Assembly: GCA_019828565.1 (NCBI GenBank)
Contig: JAHDYR010000005.1
Coordinates: 843,342-907,341, forward strand
DNA length: 64,000 bases
Reading direction: 5' to 3'
Source: Carpediemonas membranifera BICM
Taxonomy: Eukaryota > Protista > Fornicata
Shown here: one piece after another, positions 27,765 through 38,595 of the stretch
How positions within the stretch are numbered: position 1 is the stretch's first letter
Layout of the letters: each line of letters starts with the position of its first letter
Notes under the pieces: generated by a model
The model's database searches: none
The model's input: the letters and a program-made list of their open reading frames with translations, nothing else
Told to the model about the DNA's origin: nothing
Made by a program: the position numbers and the translations under genes

Positions 27765-28705
27765 TCAACGCCGGACACCGCGGCGTGATCCGGCCATGAG
27801 CACGCCCAGCACGCCCAGCACGCCCACACCTGTCAGGGCACCGGCGCCGACTGTTGCCCAGAAGGCCTTGTTCTGCCACCAGGCAACGCTATCGGGGTTT
27901 TCGACAAGACCCTCCCCCTTGCCGTCACCCTCGTCGGCATGCTTGCACTCTCCGGCAGGGGTCTCGGCATGCTCGGCAGTAGGGACCTCCTGGACCACGG
28001 GCGGGACCTCTGGGTCCCGTGCTTGCACTGCGTCAGACTTGGCCTGGGCGAGCTGGCCCTGAGCGCTTCGATCTCCCGATCCCGCTCGGCCACGTTGCGG
28101 TTGAGAGCTGACACCTGCTGCTCATTCTGTGCAACAAGCCTGGCCGGCTTCTCCCTGTCGAGCTCTGCCTGGCGCCTGAGCTCGTCGATGGTCTCCTCGT
28201 ACTCCCGGACCCTGTTCTCGGCCTCCGCGTCGTCCTCGGCCGAGATCGGCGGCATGGGAGGGGCCACGAGCGGAGGGCCCAGGCTCAACGTGATCGTCTT
28301 CACGTTGCTAAAGAAGATTCCGAACATTTTCGTGTCGAGATGGTTGTGGAGAGCGGCAGGGTTGGCAGTGCCGTCAGGGCTGATGATGGCCATCAGACGC
28401 TTGATGGCCTGGAACGCAGTGTACGTCTCGTCCACAAGGTCGAACGCTGCGCCTGGCAGGACGACCCTGAGCTGCGCACGACCGGTCTTGAAAAGCGTCT
28501 TGGCGATGGAGGGGAAGTAGGTTTCGAGGGTGCCGCCATTGATGAGTTGCTGCATTTGGTCGCGAATGGCTGTCATAAGCGTCTCTTTGGCTGGGGACTC
28601 GCCGCCGTGGACCTCGATGGCGTATATCGGGGCCAGGATGGCTTGTTGGGCATCAGCGATGACCTTGTGTGCTAGTTCAATGTCGCTAAGCACAACTTCC
28701 GTCAT
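27765..28705 (-). CDS. Unknown tail-anchored family protein, type B (MTEVVLS...), with a frameshift near 28056
   Basis: Homologous to 32432-33313. The C-terminal TM (WWQNKAFWATVGAGALTGVGVLGVL...) lies in another frame. Confidence 0.65.
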
Positions 28706-28932
28706 TGGTTTGTTCTGGGCCTGACATGAGGCCCCTATCTCGACCTCCTCATCACTGACATCACTGTACTCGACTGTACCCGACTCGACGTGACACACCC
28801 GCAGCCAAGAGCTCTGGCAGCTATCTGTAGCAAGAGCGGCGCGCTCTCTTTGCCCCGGGCCGACGGACTCATCTCGTGGTTTGGGTTAAAGTGCATCGAG
28901 GCTAACCGGAAACTTTTTAAACTGTAAGTGGC

Positions 28933-29493
28933 TTACTTGTAAGCGAGGAGCTCCTTGCGGGCGTCCTCGATGGCGGCCTCCTTGACCTTGGACATGGCGA
29001 GGCCCTCAACGTACACGAACTCGGCCGGGATGCCCAGGAAGCCGAGGACGGTCTTCAGGTACGGCGCCTCGAAGTCGGTACCGTTATCCTTGTGCTGCCC
29101 GCCGCGCGTCGTGATGACGAGGGCGCGGGTGTCCTTGATGAGGCCCTCGGAGCCGCTCGAGGTGTAGCGGAATGTGACGCCCGCGCGGGAGATGAGGTCG
29201 ATCCAGTTCTTGAGCTGCGTGGGTATCGCGAAGTTGTACATCGGCGCGGCGATCACGACGAGGTCGGCGTCCTTGACCTCCTGGATGAGCGTGTCGGAGA
29301 GCTGCCGAACGGCGTTGGGCTCCGAGGAGCCGAGGGCGCCCATCGTTTGAAGGTCAAGCACGGGGATCGGCTCCGCGGCGAGATCGCGGACCTTGATGTC
29401 CGCTTCGAGGCCCTCGAGCAGGTAGTCGATGAGCTGGGACGATTGCGAGTTAGCACCGAGGATGCTGGACTTGATGGCGAGAATTCTCTTCAT
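28933..29493 (-). CDS. azoR: FMN-dependent NADH:quinone oxidoreductase/azoreductase, copy 1
   Basis: [17 protein letters not shown]...[30 protein letters not shown]...TTRGG...[12 protein letters not shown] closely follows the proteobacterial AzoR/AcpD pattern. Confidence 0.93.
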   Translation of the reverse strand: MKRILAIKSSILGANSQSSQLIDYLLEGLEADIKVRDLAAEPIPVLDLQTMGALGSSEPNAVRQLSDTLIQEVKDADLVVIAAPMYNFAIPTQLKNWIDLISRAGVTFRYTSSGSEGLIKDTRALVITTRGGQHKDNGTDFEAPYLKTVLGFLGIPAEFVYVEGLAMSKVKEAAIEDARKELLAYK

Positions 29494-29595
29494 TTGTGTG
29501 GTGTTACACTTTCTGGAGCACACCGGGGCACTGCCCGGACGGTTACAGCATGGGTCACAATTCGCAGTTTTGCCCGAGTCGAATGTTCAGTTTAC

Positions 29596-30476
29596 TCAGC
29601 GCCGGGCCTTCTTCGCGCCCAGTAGGACGACCGCGAGGACGCCGCCGGCCGTCAGGGCACCTGCGCCGATCGTCGCCCAGAATGCAGAGCTCTGCCACCA
29701 GGCGTCGTGATCGGGGTTGACTGTGACCTTCGTCTCAGCGGGCTGCTCGGGCTCCATGGTGTCTTCGGGCAGCGTCTCCTCCTGGACGACGGGGCAGGCC
29801 CGCTCCACGGGGCGGGGGCGGCGAGCTCGGCCACGCGCTCGGCCTTCAGTTGGGCGAGCTCTTCTTCTTGCTCGGCGAGCCTCTTCGCGTGTGCGGCCTC
29901 GATGTCGGCGAGCGACTGCTTGGCCAGCTCAGCCTGCTGGCGCAGGTGGGCGATCTGCTCCTCATATTCGTGGAGCTTTGTCTGCTGGTCGGGCTGCCAG
30001 ATCTTCGGGTTGACGGGAGGCAGCGGGGGCGCGACGAGGGGAGGGCCGAGGGCCAGCGTCATGTCGCGGGCGTTGCTGAAGAACCGGTCGCACGCGGCCT
30101 TGTCGAGGTGGTTGTTGACCGCGGCGGGGTTGGTGGTCTCGTCGTCGTGCACGACTCCCCGCAGTTTCTTGATGGTGCGGAAGGCCGCGTAGGTGGGCCT
30201 GATGAGGACACAGACGGTGTCGGGGAGGACGGCCTGCAGCTCGGCCCGGCGGAGGTTGAAGAGAACCTTGGCCAGAGCGGGGAATTCGTCGAGGAGTGCG
30301 CCGGTGTCCTCCAGCTGCTGCAGCTTGTCCTGGACGGCGGTCATGAGCGCCTGCTTCTCGTCAGAGTCCTCGGCATACACACTGATCGCGTGGATGAGCG
30401 CCAGGAGCGACTGCGGGGAGCGTTCGAAGACCTTGTGGGCGAATGCGAGCTGTTCTGCGGGACTTTCCTTGTTCAT
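29596..30476 (-). CDS. Unknown tail-anchored family protein, type A, with a homopolymer frameshift near 29810
   Basis: Same as 32432-33313 and 50337-51218 except for one missing G in a G run. Confidence 0.7.
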
Positions 30477-30782
30477 GCTGTTCTGAAGCTAAATGAGGCC
30501 GGATCTCGATCTCGTGACCACTGTTGACATGGTTCCTGTGACGGGGGCGCGTCGGTTCCTGTGACACGACTCCATTCGACTCTGGTCGGCAAGAGGCGCG
30601 AATGGGCCGCTCCGCCACGGACGGCCTGTCTGACCAGCATGTGCTGGCTGGCGGAGTGTCGTGGCGTTGCTATCACGATTTCGCAGAATAGTCGAATCAG
30701 CAGAAGCGACGCCGCTGGCTCCTGGGAGCCGGTCTGACTATTTATTGCAAACAATGAGTTGCAAACGCCGCATCTTCAGATT

Positions 30783-31571
30783 TCAGATGGCAGTTGTCCC
30801 TGTGGCCACCGGCACCGGGTTGATCCTCGCCGACTCAACCCGCTGCCCTCTCCGGCAGCTGATGACACCAAGGACTCCGGCCACGGTCAGAGCCCCACCT
30901 CCAATCGGATTCCAGAAGTCATTGGACATCCAAGAGGTTACCTCGGCTCGTCCATCACTCGTAACACCTCCGGTGGGACGTGAATCTGTCGACACCGGAT
31001 CGGACAGTGGTGTCTCAACGTCTGCCTGCGACTGTGGCGTGTTGTTCGCCGGCTCACTTGGCTCTCTTTCTGTGTCCCTCACACACTCAGGTATGTCAGG
31101 TACTTCAAAGTGAACCCTTTGTCCAGGGAGTGCCGGACCCAGCGAGCATGTAATCGTCTCCATGTTGGAGAAAAATGTCTCAAAGTTGGTCCGTCCCTTG
31201 AGCAATGTGGCATGAAGCAGGGTGGACGTTGACCGACGAAGCCGTTTGTGAACCAGCCGAATGGATCGAAAGCACACGTAGGTTGGGTCAACCAGTTGGT
31301 GCGTTGCCGTCGGCAGGATGGCGAGGAGGGATGCCCGGAACTGCTGGAACATCATGATCACAAGCGCTGGATATTTCTTGAGTATAGAACCCTTCCGCTC
31401 CATAACATGCAGCTTATTTAGCATTTCAGTCAGCAGTATTGACTTGCATGGTTCATTTTCTGGTACATGAATAAAGATTGAGAAGATGAGAGCAAGAATG
31501 GCATGTAGGGCACCAGTGTTAATATCTTGTGCGACGCTTGACACCAGTTTCGATAGTTTGTCTGTATGCAT
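30783..31571 (-). CDS. Unknown tail-anchored family protein, type C (diverged, single copy)
   Basis: Shares ILALIFSI, YPAL, DPTY..FR.I, FFSN...SLGP and FWNPIGGGALTVAGVLGVI with types A and B. Confidence 0.65.
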   Translation of the reverse strand: MHTDKLSKLVSSVAQDINTGALHAILALIFSIFIHVPENEPCKSILLTEMLNKLHVMERKGSILKKYPALVIMMFQQFRASLLAILPTATHQLVDPTYVCFRSIRLVHKRLRRSTSTLLHATLLKGRTNFETFFSNMETITCSLGPALPGQRVHFEVPDIPECVRDTEREPSEPANNTPQSQADVETPLSDPVSTDSRPTGGVTSDGRAEVTSWMSNDFWNPIGGGALTVAGVLGVISCRRGQRVESARINPVPVATGTTAI

Positions 31572-31664
31572 ACGCTTATTCTGAAATTCTTTGTGTTCTG
31601 CCAAGGTTGGATGACATGGCCTATCTATCCAATGCCACTCAACTTGGGATTTACGTGACCCAAT

Positions 31665-32066
31665 CTAGGCAACAGCGGCAGCATGATGCAGCACCTCTGG
31701 GCCGACGTTCATGCCATTTCCCTTTGTCAGCAGTTTCTGGAGCTTATCCCAGATGACCTTGATCCTGCGCTCATTGTTCGGGCCGATTGGCTCAGACAGA
31801 TAGCGCGCAATGCGAATCAGCTCAATGGCGCTAGCGGCAGCTGCAGCCGCAACACCAATTTGAGCAAGTGGGAGAGCCGTGAGAGAGACAGCAAGCTGTG
31901 TGTGTCGCAGCTGAGGACAGAAGGCAGCAACAAATGGGCTGGTGACCAGCCAACGCAATCCTTCGAGTAGGCCGGCGCCAGTGACCGTAGCAGTGCACCA
32001 AAGCGATAAGTCTTCTAACTCTGGGATTGTGTTGCGTAATGACTCCCAATCGATGTTGATATTCAT
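31665..32066 (-). CDS. Small hypothetical membrane protein
   Basis: ORF from MNINIDWESL with two hydrophobic segments; no recognisable family. Confidence 0.35.
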   Translation of the reverse strand: MNINIDWESLRNTIPELEDLSLWCTATVTGAGLLEGLRWLVTSPFVAAFCPQLRHTQLAVSLTALPLAQIGVAAAAAASAIELIRIARYLSEPIGPNNERRIKVIWDKLQKLLTKGNGMNVGPEVLHHAAAVA

Positions 32067-32431
32067 CTTTGCGCACCGTGACACGACTCAATTCGACTTC
32101 AGCCTACAGCGCCCAACTCTGACCTGTCGCCACTGGTTCAACACGCTGGCATATTTGACGCTTGCTGCGGTCAGAACGGCTCCCAGGAGCCAGCGGCGTC
32201 GCTTCTGCTGATTCGACTATTCTGCGAAATCGTGATAGCAACGCCACGACACTCCGCCAGCCAGCACATGCTGGTCAGACAGGCCGTCCGTGGCGGAGCG
32301 GCCCATTCGCGCCTCTTGCCGACCAGAGTCGAATGGAGTCGTGTCACAGGAACCGACGCGCCCCCGTCACAGGAACCATGTCAACAGTGGTCACGAGATC
32401 GAGATCCGGCCTCATTTAGCTTCAGAACAGC

Positions 32432-33313
32432 ATGAACAAGGAAAGTCCCGCAGAACAGCTCGCATTCGCCCACAAGGTCTTCGAACGCTCCCCGCAGTCG
32501 CTCCTGGCGCTCATCCACGCGATCAGTGTGTATGCCGAGGACTCTGACGAGAAGAAGGCGCTCATGACCGCCGTCCAGGACAAGCTGCAGCAGCTGGAGG
32601 ACACCGGCGCACTCCTCGACGAATTCCCCGCTCTGGCCAAGGTTCTCTTCAACCTCCGCCGGGCCGAGCTGCAGGCCGTCCTCCCCGACACCGTCTGTGT
32701 CCTCATCAAGCCCACCTACGCGGCCTTCCGCACCATCAAGAAACTGCGGGGAGTCGTGCACGACGACGAGACCACCAACCCCGCCGCGGTCAACAACCAC
32801 CTCGACAAGGCCGCGTGCGACCGGTTCTTCAGCAACGCCCGCGACATGACGCTGGCCCTCGGCCCTCCCCTCGTCGCGCCCCCGCTGCCTCCCGTCAACC
32901 CGAAGATCTGGCAGCCCGACCAGCAGACAAAGCTCCACGAATATGAGGAGCAGATCGCCCACCTGCGCCAGCAGGCCGAGCTGGCCAAGCAGTCGCTCGC
33001 CGACATCGAGGCCGCACACGCGAAGAGGCTCGCCGAGCAAGAAGAAGAGCTCGCCCAACTGAAGGCCGAGCGCGTGGCCGAGCTCGCCGCCCCCGCCCCC
33101 GTGGAGCGGGCCTGCCCCGTCGTCCAGGAGGAGACGCTGCCCGAAGACACCATGGAGCCCGAGCAGCCCGCTGAGACGAAGGTCACAGTCAACCCCGATC
33201 ACGACGCCTGGTGGCAGAGCTCTGCATTCTGGGCGACGATCGGCGCAGGTGCCCTGACGGCCGGCGGCGTCCTCGCGGTCGTCCTACTGGGCGCGAAGAA
33301 GGCCCGGCGCTGA
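32432..33313 (+). CDS. Unknown tail-anchored family protein, type A (293 aa, intact)
   Basis: Helical N-domain, Pro-rich linker, coiled coil, C-terminal TM AFWATIGAGALTAGGVLAVVLLG and basic tail AKKARR. Confidence 0.8.
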   Translation: MNKESPAEQLAFAHKVFERSPQSLLALIHAISVYAEDSDEKKALMTAVQDKLQQLEDTGALLDEFPALAKVLFNLRRAELQAVLPDTVCVLIKPTYAAFRTIKKLRGVVHDDETTNPAAVNNHLDKAACDRFFSNARDMTLALGPPLVAPPLPPVNPKIWQPDQQTKLHEYEEQIAHLRQQAELAKQSLADIEAAHAKRLAEQEEELAQLKAERVAELAAPAPVERACPVVQEETLPEDTMEPEQPAETKVTVNPDHDAWWQSSAFWATIGAGALTAGGVLAVVLLGAKKARR

Positions 33314-33415
33314 GTAAACTGAACATTCGACTCGGGCAAAACTGCGAATTGTGACCCATGCTGTAACCGTCCGGGCAGTGCCCCGGTGTGCTCCAGAAAG
33401 TGTAACACCACACAA

Positions 33416-33976
33416 ATGAAGAGAATTCTCGCCATCAAGTCCAGCATCCTCGGTGCTAACTCGCAATCGTCCCAGCTCATCGACTACCTGCTCGAGGGCC
33501 TCGAAGCGGACATCAAGGTCCGCGATCTCGCCGCGGAGCCGATCCCCGTGCTTGACCTTCAAACGATGGGCGCCCTCGGCTCCTCGGAGCCCAACGCCGT
33601 TCGGCAGCTCTCCGACACGCTCATCCAGGAGGTCAAGGACGCCGACCTCGTCGTGATCGCCGCGCCGATGTACAACTTCGCGATACCCACGCAGCTCAAG
33701 AACTGGATCGACCTCATCTCCCGCGCGGGCGTCACATTCCGCTACACCTCGAGCGGCTCCGAGGGCCTCATCAAGGACACCCGCGCCCTCGTCATCACGA
33801 CGCGCGGCGGGCAGCACAAGGATAACGGTACCGACTTCGAGGCGCCGTACCTGAAGACCGTCCTCGGCTTCCTGGGCATCCCGGCCGAGTTCGTGTACGT
33901 TGAGGGCCTCGCCATGTCCAAGGTCAAGGAGGCCGCCATCGAGGACGCCCGCAAGGAGCTCCTCGCTTACAAGTAA
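33416..33976 (+). CDS. azoR: FMN-dependent azoreductase copy 2
   Basis: Identical to copy 1. Confidence 0.93.
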   Translation: MKRILAIKSSILGANSQSSQLIDYLLEGLEADIKVRDLAAEPIPVLDLQTMGALGSSEPNAVRQLSDTLIQEVKDADLVVIAAPMYNFAIPTQLKNWIDLISRAGVTFRYTSSGSEGLIKDTRALVITTRGGQHKDNGTDFEAPYLKTVLGFLGIPAEFVYVEGLAMSKVKEAAIEDARKELLAYK

Positions 33977-34205
33977 GCCACTTACAGTTTAAAAAGTTTC
34001 CGGTTAGCCTCGATGCACTTTTAACCCAAACCACGAGATGAGTCCGTCGGCCCGGGGCAAAGAGAGCGCGCCGCTCTTGCTACAGATAGCTGCCAGAGCT
34101 CTTGGCTGCGGGTGTGTCACGTCGAGTCGGGTACAGTCGAGTACAGTGATGTCAGTGATGAGGAGGTCGAGATAGGGGCCCTCATGTCAGGCCCAGAACA
34201 AACCA

Positions 34206-35146
34206 ATGACGGAAGTTGTGCTTAGCGACATTGAACTAGCACACAAGGTCATCGCTGATGCCCAACAAGCCATCCTGGCCCCGATATACGCCATCGAGGT
34301 CCACGGCGGCGAGTCCCCAGCCAAAGAGACGCTTATGACAGCCATTCGCGACCAAATGCAGCAACTCATCAATGGCGGCACCCTCGAAACCTACTTCCCC
34401 TCCATCGCCAAGACGCTTTTCAAGACCGGTCGTGCGCAGCTCAGGGTCGTCCTGCCAGGCGCAGCGTTCGACCTTGTGGACGAGACGTACACTGCGTTCC
34501 AGGCCATCAAGCGTCTGATGGCCATCATCAGCCCTGACGGCACTGCCAACCCTGCCGCTCTCCACAACCATCTCGACACGAAAATGTTCGGAATCTTCTT
34601 TAGCAACGTGAAGACGATCACGTTGAGCCTGGGCCCTCCGCTCGTGGCCCCTCCCATGCCGCCGATCTCGGCCGAGGACGACGCGGAGGCCGAGAACAGG
34701 GTCCGGGAGTACGAGGAGACCATCGACGAGCTCAGGCGCCAGGCAGAGCTCGACAGGGAGAAGCCGGCCAGGCTTGTTGCACAGAATGAGCAGCAGGTGT
34801 CAGCTCTCAACCGCAACGTGGCCGAGCGGGATCGGGAGATCGAAGCGCTCAGGGCCAGCTCGCCCAGGCCAAGTCTGACGCAGTGCAAGCACGGGACCCA
34901 GAGGTCCCGCCCGTGGTCCAGGAGGTCCCTACTGCCGAGCATGCCGAGACCCCTGCCGGAGAGTGCAAGCATGCCGACGAGGGTGACGGCAAGGGGGAGG
35001 GTCTTGTCGAAAACCCCGATAGCGTTGCCTGGTGGCAGAACAAGGCCTTCTGGGCAACAGTCGGCGCCGGTGCCCTGACAGGTGTGGGCGTGCTGGGCGT
35101 GCTGGGCGTGCTCATGGCCGGATCACGCCGCGGTGTCCGGCGTTGA
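34206..35146 (+). CDS. Tail-anchored family type B, copy 2, with a frameshift near 34855
   Basis: Adding one base in AGGGCCAGCTC gives RAQLAQAKSDAVQARDPEV... through the TM to TGA at 35146, which overlaps AGTAAA. Confidence 0.65.
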
Positions 35147-35644
35147 GTAAATGACAGATGCGAAGATCCTTCATCTGGTTCAGTGGCTGACTCAGGCCGT
35201 CCATGGCGGGGGTCCCGGTAACTGCGGCGTCGGCTTCGAGGTGCATCAGGCCTCTGCGTGATGACTGAACAGCGACTGCCGGTCCAGTCGGATGGGTCAT
35301 GAATGTCGACTGTCAACCCGAGTGACTTGGCGATGATGATCTCGAGGCCAAGCGTCAGTACGCCATGACGGCCATGTCAGCGGCGGTCGGCAGGCGAGGG
35401 AGACATGCCTGGCAGGTTCGCGCTTGCGGTCGCGTCAGATCGATGATGACGTCAGAATCAGTCGGATCACGGCCCCCACAGAGTTATCACGGCTTGGCAG
35501 GTTGCAACAGCCGGCGAGCGGGCCCGTCGTGTCCCCTGCGAGCGCAGACGGTCGTGGCCAATTCCGGCAAAACCTGCGGCAACGACCGAGATGTGGCAGT
35601 GATGCGGATCACGATGCGGGGCAGTTGAACAGCAGAACACAAAC

Positions 35645-35959
35645 ATGAAGGTTATCGAGTCCGTGGAGGAATTCCAGCAGCTTATCAGCGGCGACAAGGC
35701 CGTCGTCGTCGACTTCTTCGCCCAGTGGTGCCCGCCGTGCAAGATGATCGGCCCGCGCTTCGTCAAGATCTCCGAGGAGAACCCCGACGTCACATGCGTG
35801 AAAGTCGACGTCGACGCCAACACGGGCGCCGCCCGCATCGCAGGCATTCGCGCGATGCCCACGTTCAAGTCGTTCAAGAACGGCCAGGTCATCGGCGAGG
35901 TCGTCGGCGCGAACGAGGGCGCCATCCGTCAGCTCGTCGAGAAGGCCAAGACCGCCTGA
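35645..35959 (+). CDS. TRX: Thioredoxin copy 3
   Basis: Identical 104-aa protein. Confidence 0.97.
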   Translation: MKVIESVEEFQQLISGDKAVVVDFFAQWCPPCKMIGPRFVKISEENPDVTCVKVDVDANTGAARIAGIRAMPTFKSFKNGQVIGEVVGANEGAIRQLVEKAKTA

Positions 35960-35992
35960 GCGCACCCGCGATCCATTTTATAAACGCCCGCT

Positions 35993-36667
35993 TCACTCTG
36001 CTCCCCCCGGCACGCGCCGCGCGACCGCACGCACGGGGCTTCCCGAGCACCGCATGCGCAGCGGGAACGCCGCGAACTCCACGCTCGTCGCGCCTAACAG
36101 GCAGCCGAGACCGCGCAGGTTCTCGACGATCAGCACATCGTGCCGCAGGAGCTCGGGGTGCGCAAGGAACGGCGCCGCGTCGGGCGACGGTGTGTCGAGC
36201 CCAACCAGATGGACGCGGGCGGCGACGAGGGCGGCGACAGTCTCGGGCGCCAGAACGGGGTAGCCCTCAAAGTAGCCCGGCCCGCCCCAGCGCTCGTCCC
36301 ACGCGGTGTGGATGAGCACGCCCGGGCAGCGCGGCGTTCCGTCCGGCCTGGTCTCCGCGAGCGCCGCGCGCTGGGCGTCGGTGAGCACGATCGTCTGCTG
36401 ACCTCGAACGTCGAGAACGAGCGCAGCGCCGGCGAAGTGGGAAACGTCGAAGTCACCGATCGCCTTTTGGCCCGGCAAGAAGTGCAGCGGCGCGTAGATG
36501 TGCGTCCCGAGATGCGTGCTGGCCTCGAACTCCTCGACAATGGTGTTGTCGTCCGATTCGGCGGCCACATCGGGCGTCAGCAGGCGGAACAGCCGGTCGC
36601 CCGGCCACGGCGGCGTGTGCTGCGAGTACTCGTGGCTAAGGTCGATCCACGCGCCGAGCTCAGCCAT
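35993..36667 (-). CDS. Cyclase-family (KynB/kynurenine formamidase-like) metallohydrolase, variant with HLGTHIYAP
   Basis: IDLSH..PPWPGD, HxGTHx(D>Y)AP, VGLDTPSPD, H..LL...VLIVENL, GSPVRAVA. Confidence 0.85.
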   Translation of the reverse strand: MAELGAWIDLSHEYSQHTPPWPGDRLFRLLTPDVAAESDDNTIVEEFEASTHLGTHIYAPLHFLPGQKAIGDFDVSHFAGAALVLDVRGQQTIVLTDAQRAALAETRPDGTPRCPGVLIHTAWDERWGGPGYFEGYPVLAPETVAALVAARVHLVGLDTPSPDAAPFLAHPELLRHDVLIVENLRGLGCLLGATSVEFAAFPLRMRCSGSPVRAVARRVPGGAE

Positions 36668-36836
36668 CGCGTTGTCTGGCGTCAACCGGTCGCCAGCGCC
36701 GCTGAGGCGCCTTGAACAGCCCCAGCGACGCTGCGCACGCACGCACGGTCCCGTAGACGCTCCGCAGGAATCGCCAGATTTGACACCGAGGCAGCGTGAG
36801 CATGATTTGGTGATTCGCACTCCGTCGCTCCACACG

Positions 36837-37205
36837 ATGTCCTCCGCCGCCACTGTCGCGCTCACGCACTTCCGCAAGCACCCGCACCGCCTGAACTGCG
36901 CGCAGACCGTCCTCAACGCCTGCGCGAGCGCCGCGGGCCTCTCGCAGCCGGACCTCGAGGACTTCCTCGTGGAGTACCGCGCGTACGGTCACGGCGGTCA
37001 CGAGACGGGCCAGTGCGGAGCATACTACGCCGCCTGCGAGCTCGTCAAGGGCGACGAGAAGGCCACCGCCGACCTCACGCGGCTCTTCGTGGATAACGGC
37101 ACAGCACTCTCCTGCAGGGGCATCCGCAGCGTCAACAAGATGTCCTGCCGCGAATGCGTCCGCGTCGCCGCGGAGTACGTCGAGCGGCACTTCGAGGGAC
37201 AGTAG
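36837..37205 (+). CDS. C_GCAxxG_C_C family putative redox-active protein
   Basis: LNCAQTVL...GQCGAYYAA...LSCRGI...SCRECVRVAAEYV. Confidence 0.8.
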   Translation: MSSAATVALTHFRKHPHRLNCAQTVLNACASAAGLSQPDLEDFLVEYRAYGHGGHETGQCGAYYAACELVKGDEKATADLTRLFVDNGTALSCRGIRSVNKMSCRECVRVAAEYVERHFEGQ

Positions 37206-37259
37206 GCGACGCACCACTGCCTCCCGCCGCCCCGTTGTAAATGCTCACTCGACCGCTGT

Positions 37260-38081
37260 TTACTCGACGCCGATTTGGATGCACCCATCCTCGCTCGCCA
37301 CCACGATCAGCCCGTGGTGCGTCACCGCAACGGAGTTCGCGGGGACGGACGTGTCCCGCAGCAGGCTGACCTGGCCCGTCCTCGCGTTGAGACTGCAGAC
37401 CACGCCGGACAGCGTCGCGTACACAAATGTGCTGGCAGACCTCGGGTCTGCGGTAATACATGCGATGGGAGACCCCTGAGCCTCGTCGGGGATGATGCCG
37501 AGGACCTTGATAGGGAGGCCACTCGGCTCGAGAATGAAGCCACCTTCCATTCGCGAGGCATCGATGACAGCAACGTTGCCGGAGCCGCATCCGATGGCGA
37601 TGGCCTCGGGAGCAAGAGGTGACACGCACATGGCGTTCACGGGGTCGTACTCGTCGACGTGGGCGACAGCGATGAGAGTGCCTTCGACGGTGTAAAGCTT
37701 GCAGATGCCGCCCATGCCGGCTACAACCAGACGGCCAGTGTCCGGCATAGCTACTGCGTTGGGACATACACCCTCGGCATCAGGTATTAACGCCCGGGTT
37801 TCAAGCGTGTCTGCGTCCAGGACTACAACGCTGCCGTCCTGCTCGGCGACAACCACGGACTTCCCGTCGGCTGATACAGTGAGTGCGATTGGGACAACAG
37901 AAGCATCAAACGGTGCTGTATATGTGTGTTCGCCGATAGGGGCTGTTTTTGCGTTGCTGAGGGTATACGAGAGGAGCGTCCCGTCGGACAGGACGACGAA
38001 AAGATTGTCCTCGCTTGAATTGATAAGAAGAGGGCTAGTTTCACAGGAGACACTCTGAATCTCCTTGAGTGACACCTTCAT
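37260..38081 (-). CDS. Beta-propeller (WD40-like) hypothetical protein
   Basis: Repeated beta blades (LTVSADGKSVVVAEQDGSV, VVASEDGCIQI). Confidence 0.65.
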   Translation of the reverse strand: MKVSLKEIQSVSCETSPLLINSSEDNLFVVLSDGTLLSYTLSNAKTAPIGEHTYTAPFDASVVPIALTVSADGKSVVVAEQDGSVVVLDADTLETRALIPDAEGVCPNAVAMPDTGRLVVAGMGGICKLYTVEGTLIAVAHVDEYDPVNAMCVSPLAPEAIAIGCGSGNVAVIDASRMEGGFILEPSGLPIKVLGIIPDEAQGSPIACITADPRSASTFVYATLSGVVCSLNARTGQVSLLRDTSVPANSVAVTHHGLIVVASEDGCIQIGVE

Positions 38082-38595
38082 TGGGTTCTTCTCATCAAAT
38101 GCGATTTCAAAGACGTGGAATGCGGTCTATGTCAGAGAAATAGCGGAAACAAACGTCGTTGTCGAAAGTAACAGTAATAAACTCGTATTCCCTGTTGGGA
38201 GATGTGAATGCATGCACGTTACGAGGTATATTGCTCTTGTTGAAGGATTGGGACCAGCTAAGCTTCGGCATTTCGTCCGGAAGTCAGCATTCGCCTTCGT
38301 GGCGAAACGATAGGCACCAGTAGAAGTAGTAAGGGCACTAGCCTTCATACACGATTGCCATAACAACAGGAGACTGGTCGGGTGGTTAACACGGGTGATG
38401 GAATAAATGGAGGAAGTCGACCCCAGACTGCTCCTTGGCATTTCGCCTGAACGCTGCTTGATTTTACTGACATTTTAATACCACAAGAATCAGGCAACCA
38501 CGACGTTCTCCACTGACCTGTGTCGACAGAGGCAGATCTGCCATCGGAGAGCTTGACGTCGTGCTGGGAGGCGAGGGCTATCTCCTGTCGACCCG

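Larger units (their letters stand above)
26827..36084. repeat. Large inverted repeat: arms about 26827-30738 and 32170-36084 (about 3.9 kb) around a unique 1.4 kb spacer
   Basis: Trx, tail-anchored genes and AzoR appear in mirrored order. Mirrored coordinates sum to a near-constant value (26952+35959=62911). Confidence 0.95.

Noticed and set aside
38127-38441. 104-aa ORF between the propeller gene and CLASP
   Set aside because: No motifs and no host-like codon bias. It is likely intergenic.
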